Assembly (NCBI GenBank): GCA_963814375.1 | Contig: CAWFCQ010000008.1 | Coordinates: 96,001-160,000, forward strand | Direction: 5' to 3' | DNA length: 64,000 nucleotides | From: an uncultured Chloroflexia bacterium | GTDB lineage: Bacteria > Chloroflexota > Limnocylindria > QHBO01 | Shown: positions 54,279-64,000 of the stretch, in pieces | How the letters are laid out: every line of letters begins with the position of its first letter | Position numbering within the stretch: position 1 is the first letter of the stretch | Notes under the pieces: model-generated | Database searches by the model: none | What the model was told of the DNA's origin: nothing | The model's input: only the letters and a program-made list of their open reading frames with translations | Program-made: the position numbers and the translations under genes

Positions 54279-54824
54279 GTGAGTCGCACGATCGAGCTGC
54301 TGGCCGGGCTGGTGCTCCTGATCGTCGGGGCCCTGATCCTGCTCAGCGAGCCGCTCCTCGGCTTCATCCGCGGCCTCGGCATCGGCGACGAGGTGCTGCG
54401 CTGGTGGCCGATCCTGATCATCGGTCTCTCGCTCTTCTTCCTCGTCCCGGGCCTGCTGGGAGGGCCGAACCGACGGCTCCGCGCCGGGATGGTGATCCCC
54501 GGATTCATCCTGGCCGGCGTGGGCGTCGCGCTGCTCTACACCAGCCTCACCGACCAGTGGAGCGCCTGGGCCTACCTGTGGAGCGTCATCCCGTTCAGCT
54601 TCGGCATCGGCATGTATGCCGCCGGATGGATCGCCGATGCGCCCGCCTTCAAGTGGATCGGCTCGGGCATCGCCGTCGGCGGCGTGGTCGCCTACCTCGT
54701 CTTTGCGACCGCCTTCGGTGGAGAGGCGTTCCGGCTCGTGGCGGCGATCGGGATCCTGTCGCTCGGGTTGGCGCTGACGATCGGCGGGCTGGCGGAGCGG
54801 CTCAGCCGCAAGTCACCGGCCTAG
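54279..54824 (+). CDS. Membrane protein (LiaI/LiaF-like TM repeats)
   Basis: GLVLLIVG.L.L, WWP.LII.L; about six TM segments. Confidence 0.7.
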   Translation: MSRTIELLAGLVLLIVGALILLSEPLLGFIRGLGIGDEVLRWWPILIIGLSLFFLVPGLLGGPNRRLRAGMVIPGFILAGVGVALLYTSLTDQWSAWAYLWSVIPFSFGIGMYAAGWIADAPAFKWIGSGIAVGGVVAYLVFATAFGGEAFRLVAAIGILSLGLALTIGGLAERLSRKSPA

Positions 54825-56804
54825 GCGCGTCGAACGAACCGGTCGAACCAGGCCAGGATCCGCTCCTGCCGGTCGATCCGCCGGTCGGGGCGCCCGTACG
54901 ACTTCATCTCGTGGTGCTCGTCGGGATAGAGGACGTACTCGACCTCTCGCCCGAGGACCTTCAGCGCGGTGAAGAGCTGCTCGTTGTCGGCGGGCGGGCA
55001 GATGCGATCCTCCTCGGCCTGGAGGATCAGCAGCGGCGTCCGGATCTTCGCGGCATTGCGCAACGGCGAGGAGCTCCACAGCGCCCGCATCCCCTCGTCG
55101 GAGAGCGGGTCAGCGAGGCCGGCGCGGCGGTTGTAGTGGATGCCGAAGTACGAGTTGGCCCAGGTCGAGACCTGGTTGGTCACCCCGTTCTCCGAGGCTC
55201 CCGCGGCGAAGCGGTCGGTGACCCCGATCAGCCATTGCGTCAGGAAGCCGCCATACGAGAGGCCCATCAGGCCGATGCGGCGCGGATCTGCCAGCCCGCG
55301 TCGCACCAGGTCGTCCACCGCCGCGATCGCGTCGGCGGCGTCCGCCTTGCCCCAGCTCGCCGAGAGGCCCTTCACCCATTTCGCGCCGTACGTCGCCGAG
55401 CCGCGGATGTTCGGCATGAGCACCCGGTAGCCGGCCGCGCACAGCGCCATCTCGTCGAGCGTTCCGCCCGGGCCCCAGGCTCCGGTCGGTCCGCCATGGA
55501 TGTGCAGGATCGTTGGCAGCCGGCGGCGCCCGGCCCCCGGCGGAGAGGCCAGCCAGGCATGGATCGGCCCGGCCGGTCCCTTCAGCTGCAGCTCGGACAG
55601 CTCCACCCCCGGGAAGCGCCGCTGCCATGCGGAACCCTCGCGCGTGACTTGTCTCAGCCGGCCCGCCTCGATCGCCCACACCTCGCCGGCCCGGCCATCG
55701 ATCGCTCCCGAGATCGCCATCGCGCCGTTGGCTGCGTCGACGCCCGAGGCCGCGAGCCGGGTATGCGGATCGATGAGCGGCTCGGCGCCGCCGTCGAGCT
55801 CGACGCGGTAGGGGATGTCGCGGCCGTTGGTGCCGACGATGACGGCGAGGCTTCCGTCGTCGAGCCACAGCGGCCCGGGCGCCGCCTCGGCCATCTGAAG
55901 GTCGCACCACGCCCACTCGCCGATGGGCCGATCCAGCGCCGCCGTGAGGTTCCGCGGAGCTCCGCCGGGCAGATCCATCACCCACAGTGACGGGGGGACG
56001 TCGTCCGGCGGGTCCTCCACGTCGGTGCCGATGAAGGCCAGGCGCCGGCCATCGGGCGAGAAGGCGGGCCGCTCCGCGTCGCCGGCAAGGCTGACGAGCT
56101 CGCGGACCTGCGGCCGCGTCGACTCGGTCCCGACCGACCAGATCTGGTAGCGAGGAGTGATGTTCGTGTCCGGACCCCGGTCCGCCGAGAACGCGATGCG
56201 GCGGCCGTCGGGGAACCATGCCGGATCGATGACGTCGAAGTCGCCGCGCGTCAGCTGCCGCGGCGTCGCGCCGCTGCGGAAGGGAAGGACCCAGAGGTGC
56301 GATCGGCGCACGACGTGGCCGGACTCGTCGTCGCGGAAGTCGAGCCGCGTGATGCGGCGCGCGGTCGGCGTGTGGCCCTTCCGCTCCTTCCCGACGATGA
56401 AGCGGTGGTCGCCGGCCTGCGCCACGCACGGCCAGCCGGTCGCCGGTGGGACTCCAGTGGGCACTGCCCACGCCGTGCTCGAGCTTCGTCAGCTGCCAGG
56501 GCTCCCCGCCCTCGAGCGGTAGCACCCAGACCTGTCCGACGGCATCGTCCACCCCGACCGGCGTCCTGACGAAGGCGACGGAACGACCGTCCGGCGAGAT
56601 GGCCGGTGAGACATCGCGGACCCTCCCACGGGTGAGCTGGCGCGGCCGACCGCCGCCGTACGGACGTACCCACACGTGCGACACGTAGTCGTCTCCGGCA
56701 ACGCGGCGAAGGACGTAGACCACGGCCGATCCGTCGGGGAGAAGGCGAAACGCCTCGAGCGCCACCTGGGCGTTGATCAGGGCGCGGGGGGTCGCTACCG
56801 TCAT
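54821..56804 (-). CDS. S9 family peptidase with PD40-like propeller; frameshift near 56430
   Basis: SPDG repeats, IHGGP, GLSYGG, EDRIC, YPDEHH triad motifs. Confidence 0.92.
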
Positions 56805-56869
56805 TCGCCGGAGTATGCCGTACCTCGGCCGGGGCCCGACCGCAGGATTCGGCCGCCTCGCGAGAAACG

Positions 56870-56899
56870 TTGACCCGATTCCGTGGCGTGTGCCATCCT
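56870..56899 (+). promoter_or_regulatory. Putative sigma70 promoter of the peptide ABC operon
   Basis: TTGACC-N18-CATCCT with extended TG. Confidence 0.45.
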
Positions 56900-56965
56900 C
56901 CCGCGGTCGGAGGACCCGGTCCGCGCCGGACCGATCAGAAGACCCTGGATCAGGAGGTTCGGTCC

Positions 56966-58735
56966 GTGCCCCGTCGCGCATTCGTCGGCATCTCGGTGAT
57001 CGGTTTCGTGCTCGTCGCCTGTGGCGGAGCTCAGCAGAGCGCCCCGGCCGGCGGAAGCGGTGCCGCCAGCCCGGGCGGTGCGCCAACCGGACAGTGCGAG
57101 CCGGTGGCGGAGGCGGCAGAGGCGGGGACGGGCGGCACGCTGCGCGTCGGCATCGGCGGCTCGACCGACAGCCTGAACCCCGGCCTCGCCCTGCTCAGCG
57201 AGGCCTTCGAGTTGTTCGAGATCGTGTACGACGCGCCGCTCGCCATCACCGCCGAGGGCGACTACGTGCCCGAGCTCGCGACCGAGTGGTCGGTTGCGGA
57301 CGATGACGTCACATGGACCGTGACCCTGCGTGACGACGTGACCTTCCACGACGGGACGCCGATGACGGCCGAGGATGTGAAGTTCTCGCTCGAGCTGTAC
57401 CGCGACAACCCCGACTTCCCGTACCAGTCGTCGTACCCCGACGTCTTCGAGACGATCACGGCCGTGGATGAGACGACGCTCGAGATCGTCACCAGCGAGC
57501 CGGTCGGCAACTTCGAGTACCGGCTCCTCTTCATGTACGTCCTGCCCAAGCACATCTGGGAGAACGAGGACCCGCTCACCTTCGAGAACGCCGAGATGAT
57601 CGGAACCGGACCATTCGCGCTCGAAGCGTACGAGCAGGGCATCTCGGTCGAGCTGGCTGCTTTCGATGATTACTACGGCGGCCGGCCTGTCCTCGACGGC
57701 GTCATCTTCCAGACCATCGAGAACGCAGATGCGCGCGTCACCGCACTCACCAACGGCGAGATCGACTACCTCGACGAGTTCCAGCCCACCGCCATCCCGC
57801 AGCTCCAGGGCGCCGAGGACGTCCAGGTCTGCATCACCGATGTCGCGGCCGGGGGTAGCTTCACCGACCTCATCTTCAACGTCGTGAGCGAGGAGAACTG
57901 CCCGACCGATGACCCCGAAACGTCCGACACTGACGAGACCGGCCTCTGCACCGGTCATCCGGCGCTCCAGGACGTCGAGGTGCGGCAGGCGCTGGCCATG
58001 GCCACCGACAAGGAGGAGCTCATCACGGTCGCCGAAGGTGGCCTGGCCACCCCGGGACTCGGCCTCGTGCCCGTTGGCCTCGGGGATTTCTATGCATCCG
58101 AGCTCACCGACTACGCATTCGATCCCACAGCGGCTGCCCAGATGCTCGAGGACGCGGGGTACGTCGACGAGGACGGCGACGGGATCCGCGAGTGCAAGGC
58201 CGACCAGGATTGTGAGACCGGCAACCTCACGTTCCGCTTCAACTTCCCGACCGACGACGACTCGGCTCCGAGAGAGGCCGAAGTGCTCTCGGGCCAGTGG
58301 GGCGAGATCGGTGTCGCCCTGGAGATCCAGGGCCTGGATCCCGACACGCTGACCAGCGTGTGCTGCCCGGGGTTCGACTACGACGTGATCCTGTGGGGAT
58401 GGGGCTCGGATCCAGATCCGCAGTTCCTGTCCGGGGTGCTGCTGTGCACCGAGATCCGGTACGGCTTCAACGAGAGCGGCTACTGCAACCCGGAGTACGA
58501 CGAGCTGTACGACCAGCAGGCGGTCGAGACCGATGCGGAGGTTCGCAACGACATCATCCACGAGATGCAGCGGATCGCCCTGGAGGACGTCCCGTACATC
58601 ATCCCGTACTACCCGGCCAGCTACGTCGCGTGGCGGACCGACGGCTTCACCGGATGGTCATTCGACGATCCGAGCCTCGGTCAGACCGACCCGAGCGTGC
58701 TGAGGGTCCTCGCGCCGGTCGCCGGGAACCAATAG
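56966..58735 (+). CDS. Peptide/nickel ABC substrate-binding lipoprotein (family 5)
   Basis: AGGAGG RBS, LVAC lipobox, P.LA..W, FHDG.P.TA.DV.FS, GTGPF. Confidence 0.93.
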   Translation: MPRRAFVGISVIGFVLVACGGAQQSAPAGGSGAASPGGAPTGQCEPVAEAAEAGTGGTLRVGIGGSTDSLNPGLALLSEAFELFEIVYDAPLAITAEGDYVPELATEWSVADDDVTWTVTLRDDVTFHDGTPMTAEDVKFSLELYRDNPDFPYQSSYPDVFETITAVDETTLEIVTSEPVGNFEYRLLFMYVLPKHIWENEDPLTFENAEMIGTGPFALEAYEQGISVELAAFDDYYGGRPVLDGVIFQTIENADARVTALTNGEIDYLDEFQPTAIPQLQGAEDVQVCITDVAAGGSFTDLIFNVVSEENCPTDDPETSDTDETGLCTGHPALQDVEVRQALAMATDKEELITVAEGGLATPGLGLVPVGLGDFYASELTDYAFDPTAAAQMLEDAGYVDEDGDGIRECKADQDCETGNLTFRFNFPTDDDSAPREAEVLSGQWGEIGVALEIQGLDPDTLTSVCCPGFDYDVILWGWGSDPDPQFLSGVLLCTEIRYGFNESGYCNPEYDELYDQQAVETDAEVRNDIIHEMQRIALEDVPYIIPYYPASYVAWRTDGFTGWSFDDPSLGQTDPSVLRVLAPVAGNQ

Positions 58736-58756
58736 CGGACCGCACGACAGGGTCAA

Positions 58757-59764
58757 ATGGCCGGCCGCGGCGGGTACCTGCTCGGGAAGGTCGGATGGGC
58801 GCTCGTCACGATCGCCGTCGTCCTGACCTTCAACTTCTTCCTGTTCCGCGTGCTGCCTGGCGACCCGGCCAAGGCCGGCACCCACGACCCGCGGCTCAAC
58901 CCCGAATCGGTCGCCGCCCTGCGTGAGCGCTTCGGCCTCGACAAGGAGGTCTTCCTTGACCTCGACGGCGGGAACCCGATCGACACGCAGTACTTCGCCT
59001 ATCTGGGTGCCCTGGCGCGGGGAGACCTCGGCGTCTCGTACGCGTTTCGCGATCGCCAGGTCATCGATCTGCTCGGGGAGGCGATGGTCAACAGCCTCTG
59101 GCTGATCCTGCCATCGCAGGTCCTGTCGATCGTGCTCGGCGTGATTCTCGGCCTCATCGCGGCGTGGCGGAGACGCACGGCGCTCGATGTCGGCGCCCTC
59201 TCGTTCAGCCTCTTTACCTGGTCGCTGCCGACCTTCTTCCTCGGGATCGTGCTGCTGTACCTGGGGGCCAACTGGTTCGGCCTGCCCACCTCCGGCCGCA
59301 CGACGATCGGGATCGACTACGCGTCGTTCTGGGATGCGTCCGGCGACATCCTCAGCCACCTCTTTCTGCCGACGCTGACCCTCACCCTCGTCCTGCTGGG
59401 TGAGTACATGCTCATCATGCGCAGCAGCGTTCTCGAGGTCTTCAGCGAGGACTACATCCTCACCGCGCGCGCCAAGGGCCTCTCAACCCGTCGCATCATC
59501 CGTGACCACGCCATGCGCAATGCGATGCTGCCGATGGTCACGCTCATCGCGCTCAACCTTGGCTTCACCGTCTCCGGCGCGATCCAGGTTGAATCGGTCT
59601 TCAGCTGGCCCGGCCTCGGCAGCCTCACGGTGAACGCCGTCGATCAGCGCGACTACGCCGTGCTCCAGGGCGCGTTCCTGCTCATCGCGGTCGCCGTCGT
59701 CGTCGCCAATCTCATTGCCGAGATCGTCTACAGCGTGCTCGACCCACGGGTGGTCGAGGCATGA
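58757..59764 (+). CDS. Peptide ABC permease (OppB/DppB-like)
   Basis: PGDP, GDLG.S, DYILTARAKGL, DPR end. Confidence 0.93.
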   Translation: MAGRGGYLLGKVGWALVTIAVVLTFNFFLFRVLPGDPAKAGTHDPRLNPESVAALRERFGLDKEVFLDLDGGNPIDTQYFAYLGALARGDLGVSYAFRDRQVIDLLGEAMVNSLWLILPSQVLSIVLGVILGLIAAWRRRTALDVGALSFSLFTWSLPTFFLGIVLLYLGANWFGLPTSGRTTIGIDYASFWDASGDILSHLFLPTLTLTLVLLGEYMLIMRSSVLEVFSEDYILTARAKGLSTRRIIRDHAMRNAMLPMVTLIALNLGFTVSGAIQVESVFSWPGLGSLTVNAVDQRDYAVLQGAFLLIAVAVVVANLIAEIVYSVLDPRVVEA

Positions 59765-61725
59765 CCGCCACCAGCCAGGTCATCCCCGCCGCTCCGACCG
59801 AGCTGCCCAGGCCGCGCCGATACCGCGCGCTGCTGCGCAACCGGGTCGGCGTAGTCGGCGCCGCGATGATCGCGGTGGCGATCTTCGTCGCCGTCTTCGC
59901 ACCGGTGCTGGCTCCCTACGATCCGTACGAACGGGTGCCGGTCACGATCTTCGACATCTACCAGCCGCCATCGGCGGAACACCCCCTCGGGACCGATGAC
60001 GGCGGGGGCGACGTGCTCTCGAAGCTCCTGTACGGCGCGCGCGTGTCGCTCGTCGTCGGCTTCGCCGCCGCGTTCATCTCCCTGCTCATCGGTGGCGCCA
60101 TCGGACTGGTGGCCGGCTACTTCAGGGGTGGCGTGGGCGGCTTCCTGATGCGCTTCACCGACTTCTTCCTCGTCATCCCGGACATCGCGCTGCTGATCGT
60201 GATCGTGGCTGTCCTGCGAGACCGGTCGTTGTTCAACCTCATCCTCGTGATCGGCGTGCTCGGCTGGACCACCACCGCCCGCCTCGTTCGTTCGCAGGTC
60301 CTGAGCCTGCGGGAGCGCAAGTTCGTCGCGCGCGCCCAGGCGGTGGGCGGGAGTGATTGGTACATCGTCCGGCGCCACATCCTGCCGCTGGCCCTGCCGC
60401 TGATGCTGGCGAACACCGTGCTCGTGATCAGCCTCGCCATCCTGTCCGAGTCGACGCTGTCGTTCATCGGCCTCGGCGACCCGACTGTCATCAGCTGGGG
60501 TCAGATGCTGAACTTCGCGTTCGAGCGTGGGGCGGTCTCGGCCGGGGCGTGGTGGGCGCTCATCCCGCCGGGGTTGGCGATCGTGTGGGTGGTGCTTGGC
60601 ACGACCCTGGTCGGAACCGCGATGGAGGAGGCCTTCAACCCGAAGCTGCGCCGCCATCACCTGGAAGCCGATGAGGCCACCGTCGTCGCCGACCTGCCGG
60701 CGGCGCCGATCGCCCGGCCCTCGATCGCCGCCCCAGCCTCGGTTCGAGGCCAGGCCGACGAGCCGATCCTCTCGGTGCGCGACCTGTCCGTCGAGTTCGA
60801 CTCGCCGCAGGGCCCGCTGCGTGCCGTGGATGGGGTGAGCTTCGATCTGCGACGGGGCGAGACCCTCGGCCTGGTGGGCGAGTCGGGGAGCGGGAAGACC
60901 ACGACGGTGATGGCGATGCTGCGGCTCCTGCCGCCCGGCGGGCATGTCGTCGGGGGATCGGTGCTGTTCGACGGGGTGGACATCCTGGCTCTCGGTCCGG
61001 ACGACCTGCGCGCGCTGCGCTGGTCGCGTCTCTCGATCGTGTTCCAGGGCGCGATGAACGCGCTGAATCCTGTGCGCCCGGTGGGCGACCAGATAGCCGA
61101 GGCACTGCGCACGCATGAGCCAGGCCTGCGAGCGAGCCAGGTGCAGGCCCGCGTCGACGAGCTTCTGCAGCGGGTCGGGATCGGTCCTCGGCGCGGTCGC
61201 GAATACCCACACACGTTCTCCGGCGGCATGCGCCAGCGCGCCATGATCGCCCTGGCGCTGGCCTGCCGCCCGGACGTGATCATCGCCGACGAGCCGACGA
61301 CCGCGCTCGACGTGATGATCCAGGCCCAGATCCTCGAGCTGCTCGTTGGCCTCGCGGAAGAGTTCAAGATGGGCACGATCATCGTGACTCACGACCTCGG
61401 CGTCGTCGCCCAGGTCTGCGACCGTGTGGTGGTGATGTACGGCGGGCAGGTGGCAGAGGATGCCGAGGTCGGCACGATCTACGCAGCGCCTCGGCACCCG
61501 TACACCCAGCTGCTGCTCAACGCGTTTCCGAACGTGGCCGACGAGGACCGATCGCTCCGGGCCATCCCGGGCACGCCGCCGCGCCTCGACGCGCTGCCGC
61601 CGGGCTGTCGCTTCGCACCGCGCTGCCCGCACGCCTTCGAGCGCTGCGCCGTCGAGGTCCCACCGCCATACGAGCAGGGTGACGGTCACCGTGCGGCCTG
61701 CTTCCTGGTCGAGACCCGTGGCTGA
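59761..61725 (+). CDS. Fused peptide ABC permease + ATPase (OppC-OppD-like)
   Basis: HPLGTD, GARVSL, then GESGSGKT, SGGMRQR, DEPTTALD, HPYT and Cys-rich tail in one frame. Confidence 0.92.
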   Translation: MTATSQVIPAAPTELPRPRRYRALLRNRVGVVGAAMIAVAIFVAVFAPVLAPYDPYERVPVTIFDIYQPPSAEHPLGTDDGGGDVLSKLLYGARVSLVVGFAAAFISLLIGGAIGLVAGYFRGGVGGFLMRFTDFFLVIPDIALLIVIVAVLRDRSLFNLILVIGVLGWTTTARLVRSQVLSLRERKFVARAQAVGGSDWYIVRRHILPLALPLMLANTVLVISLAILSESTLSFIGLGDPTVISWGQMLNFAFERGAVSAGAWWALIPPGLAIVWVVLGTTLVGTAMEEAFNPKLRRHHLEADEATVVADLPAAPIARPSIAAPASVRGQADEPILSVRDLSVEFDSPQGPLRAVDGVSFDLRRGETLGLVGESGSGKTTTVMAMLRLLPPGGHVVGGSVLFDGVDILALGPDDLRALRWSRLSIVFQGAMNALNPVRPVGDQIAEALRTHEPGLRASQVQARVDELLQRVGIGPRRGREYPHTFSGGMRQRAMIALALACRPDVIIADEPTTALDVMIQAQILELLVGLAEEFKMGTIIVTHDLGVVAQVCDRVVVMYGGQVAEDAEVGTIYAAPRHPYTQLLLNAFPNVADEDRSLRAIPGTPPRLDALPPGCRFAPRCPHAFERCAVEVPPPYEQGDGHRAACFLVETRG

Positions 61726-62728
61726 CTTCGCGCTCGAGGTGGAGGACCTGGCCGTCGCATTCCCCGGCCGGCGAAGCCTCGGCGACGTGATCGCCCGCAG
61801 GCCCGCTCGCCCCGTGCGAGCCGTTGACGGCGTCAGCTTCCGCGTTGCCCCCGGCGAGGTGCTCGCGCTCGTCGGCGAGTCGGGCTGCGGCAAGACGACG
61901 ACCGGGAACCTGCTGCTCGGCCTCATCGCGCCCGATGCAGGACGGGTATCGGTCCAGGGTCTCGAGCTTCGAGGGCTCGGCAGCCGTGAGCTGCGGCGGA
62001 TGCGGAGCGGGATCCAGATGATCTTCCAGGACCCCTATGAGTCGCTCAACCCGCGGTTCACGATCGGCGACATCGTCTCCGAGCCGCTTCGCGTCCACGG
62101 AGTCGCGCGCGGTAAGGCCGAGCTGCGACGGCGCGCGACCGAGGCGCTCGCGGAGGCGGGCATGACGCCGCCCGAGGCCTACCTCGACCGGCTGCCGTAC
62201 GAGCTTTCGGGCGGGCAGCGCCAGCGGGTCGTCATTGCCGCCGCGCTCGCGCTCCGGCCCGGCGTCCTGGTGGCCGACGAGCCGGTCAGCATGCTGGATG
62301 TCTCGATCCGTGCCGAGATCCTCAACCTGCTCGCCCGCCTGGCAACGGATCTCCGCATCGCGGTCGTCATGATCACTCACGACCTGTCGACGGTGGCCGC
62401 GTACGCCGACCGTATTGCGGTCATGTACCTCGGGCGCATCGTCGAGATCGGCCCCACGCATGCGGTGCTGGCCGATCCGCAGCATCCCTACACCCGCGCG
62501 CTGCTGTCCGTCGTGCCGGTGCCCGATCCGACCGCTCGGCGCCGACCGGTCATCCTCACCGGTGAGACGCCGGACCCGTCGAACATCCCCACCGGCTGCC
62601 GCTTCCACCCGCGCTGCCCGGTCGCCTTCGATCGTTGCCCGCAGGTCGACCCTGCCCTCTTCGTGGTGGGGACGGATCACGCGGCCGCGTGCCTCCTCGT
62701 CGAAGGGCCGATGGCTCCGGAGGGCTGA
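61718..62728 (+). CDS. Peptide ABC ATP-binding subunit (OppF/DppF-like)
   Basis: GESGCGKT, FQDPYESLNP, LSGGQRQR, GCRFHPRCP. Confidence 0.93.
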   Translation: MADFALEVEDLAVAFPGRRSLGDVIARRPARPVRAVDGVSFRVAPGEVLALVGESGCGKTTTGNLLLGLIAPDAGRVSVQGLELRGLGSRELRRMRSGIQMIFQDPYESLNPRFTIGDIVSEPLRVHGVARGKAELRRRATEALAEAGMTPPEAYLDRLPYELSGGQRQRVVIAAALALRPGVLVADEPVSMLDVSIRAEILNLLARLATDLRIAVVMITHDLSTVAAYADRIAVMYLGRIVEIGPTHAVLADPQHPYTRALLSVVPVPDPTARRRPVILTGETPDPSNIPTGCRFHPRCPVAFDRCPQVDPALFVVGTDHAAACLLVEGPMAPEG

Positions 62729-62733
62729 CCAGC

Positions 62734-63804
62734 GTGGACTCCGACCGAACGCCACCGCCTGAACCGACCCTCGCCGACCAGGTCAGCCGGCTGTACGACC
62801 TGATCGGCGGCTATCACGCCACGCACCTGCTTGAGATCGCCCGTGAGCTCGGCGTCTGGGACGCCCTCGCCGAGCATGCCGGAACGACGAGCGATGCTCT
62901 CGCAGACCGGCTCGGAACCGACCCCTTCTACACCGATGTGCTGTGCCGGACCGCCCTCGCCTTCGGCTTCCTCGAGCGCGACGGCGGCGGGTGGCGGATG
63001 GCGCCGCACTTCGACCAGATCCTGGGCAACCCCGCGTCGAGCTTCTACCTGGCGCGCGCCGCACGCGTTCACATGCGCGTCGGCGAGGACTACGCCGACT
63101 ACGTGAGCCACTTCCGCCAGGGGACGACGACGTCCTACCAGGCGCACGACGATGCGTTCATGGGCGAGGTCGCGTCCGCGCTCGAGACGCTGCCGCGGAT
63201 CTTCCTGGATCTCGTGCTGCCGCGGCTCGCGGGCCTCGGGGCCCGGCTGGAGGAAGGCGGCCGGGTGCTGGATGTCGGCTGTGGCGGTGGATGGGCGGTC
63301 GTCCAGATCGCCGAGCGCTTCCCACGCGTCTCGTGCGTCGGGATCGACGTCGAGCCTCGTTCCGTGGGGCTGGCGAGGCGCCTGATCGCCGACCACGGCC
63401 TCGAAGGGCGCTGCGAGGCACGCGTGATGAGCGTGGACGAGCTGACCGAGGACGCGTCGTACGACGTCGCCACCAGCTTCCTGGTGGTCCACGAGATCGC
63501 GCCGAGGCTCAAGCCCGGCGCCTTCACCGCCGTGGCGCGGGCGCTTCGGCCGGGCGGCCACTTCCTGATCTTCGACGAGGCGTACCCAGAGACGGACGAA
63601 GCGCTGCGCACCATGCCAACTCGCTTCGCCGCCCTCGCCCAGTGGTACGAGCTGACCTGGGGCAATGTCGTCAGCACCAGGACCGAGCTGCATGCCCTCT
63701 GCGCCGATGCGGGTCTGCGCGTCAGCGACGAGACGAGCTTTTCGCGGTTCCACATCATCGTGGCAACCAAGGACGAGGCGGAGCGGGAGCCCGCTACAGC
63801 CTGA
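62734..63804 (+). CDS. Class I SAM-dependent methyltransferase with N-terminal wHTH
   Basis: VLDVGCGGG, GID, YD, LRPGG. Confidence 0.9.
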   Translation: MDSDRTPPPEPTLADQVSRLYDLIGGYHATHLLEIARELGVWDALAEHAGTTSDALADRLGTDPFYTDVLCRTALAFGFLERDGGGWRMAPHFDQILGNPASSFYLARAARVHMRVGEDYADYVSHFRQGTTTSYQAHDDAFMGEVASALETLPRIFLDLVLPRLAGLGARLEEGGRVLDVGCGGGWAVVQIAERFPRVSCVGIDVEPRSVGLARRLIADHGLEGRCEARVMSVDELTEDASYDVATSFLVVHEIAPRLKPGAFTAVARALRPGGHFLIFDEAYPETDEALRTMPTRFAALAQWYELTWGNVVSTRTELHALCADAGLRVSDETSFSRFHIIVATKDEAEREPATA

Positions 63805-64000
63805 AGATGGCGCTCACGCTGGCGACCGCAGCGACCGCACCCGCGGCCATCGCCGGGCCGAGGCGCGCGAGCCTTGGTCGACGGCTCCCGGAGACGACCA
63901 CCACCAGTGCGGCCACCACGGAGCCGATCACCCCGGCCGCGGCCGCGGCGGTAGCGTGCGCCAGCTGCGGCGACGCGCTGCCGACCTGGCGCTCCCCGCT
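63794..64000 (-). CDS. C-terminal end of a membrane protein (partial)
   Basis: Open frame from the window edge with two hydrophobic segments, ending SAIFRL-stop. Confidence 0.55.
   Translation of the reverse strand, partial: SGERQVGSASPQLAHATAAAAAGVIGSVVAALVVVVSGSRRPRLARLGPAMAAGAVAAVASVSAIFRL

Overview
A high-GC (about 70% by eye) bacterial chromosomal segment. Gene content and style (LPDTA sorting signal, DUF3352, BldC-like HTH, ECF42) suggest a monoderm such as Chloroflexota; this is inference only. It holds about 55 mostly housekeeping or accessory CDSs, one tRNA-Arg(TCT), two giant repeat-rich surface proteins, an ECF42/YciI module, a class III cyclase facing a cNMP-binding plus transporter-HEAT pair, a fused 2-oxoacid E1 with a FabD-like partner, polyamine-type and peptide ABC importers, and an FTR1 operon under a DtxR/IdeR-like box. 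Several long genes carry small frameshifts that look like long-read consensus errors. No integrase, transposase, prophage or CRISPR array was seen. Best leads: (1) a GT2 glycosyltransferase fused to a CysRS C-terminal (anticodon-binding-like) domain, (2) the iron operon with an embedded hydantoinase-like gene, (3) a 39-aa peptide gene missed by the ORF track, behind a triple 11-bp-period repeat, (4) the E1 plus acyltransferase pair with no adjacent E2/E3. All family assignments are by motif recognition, not database search.
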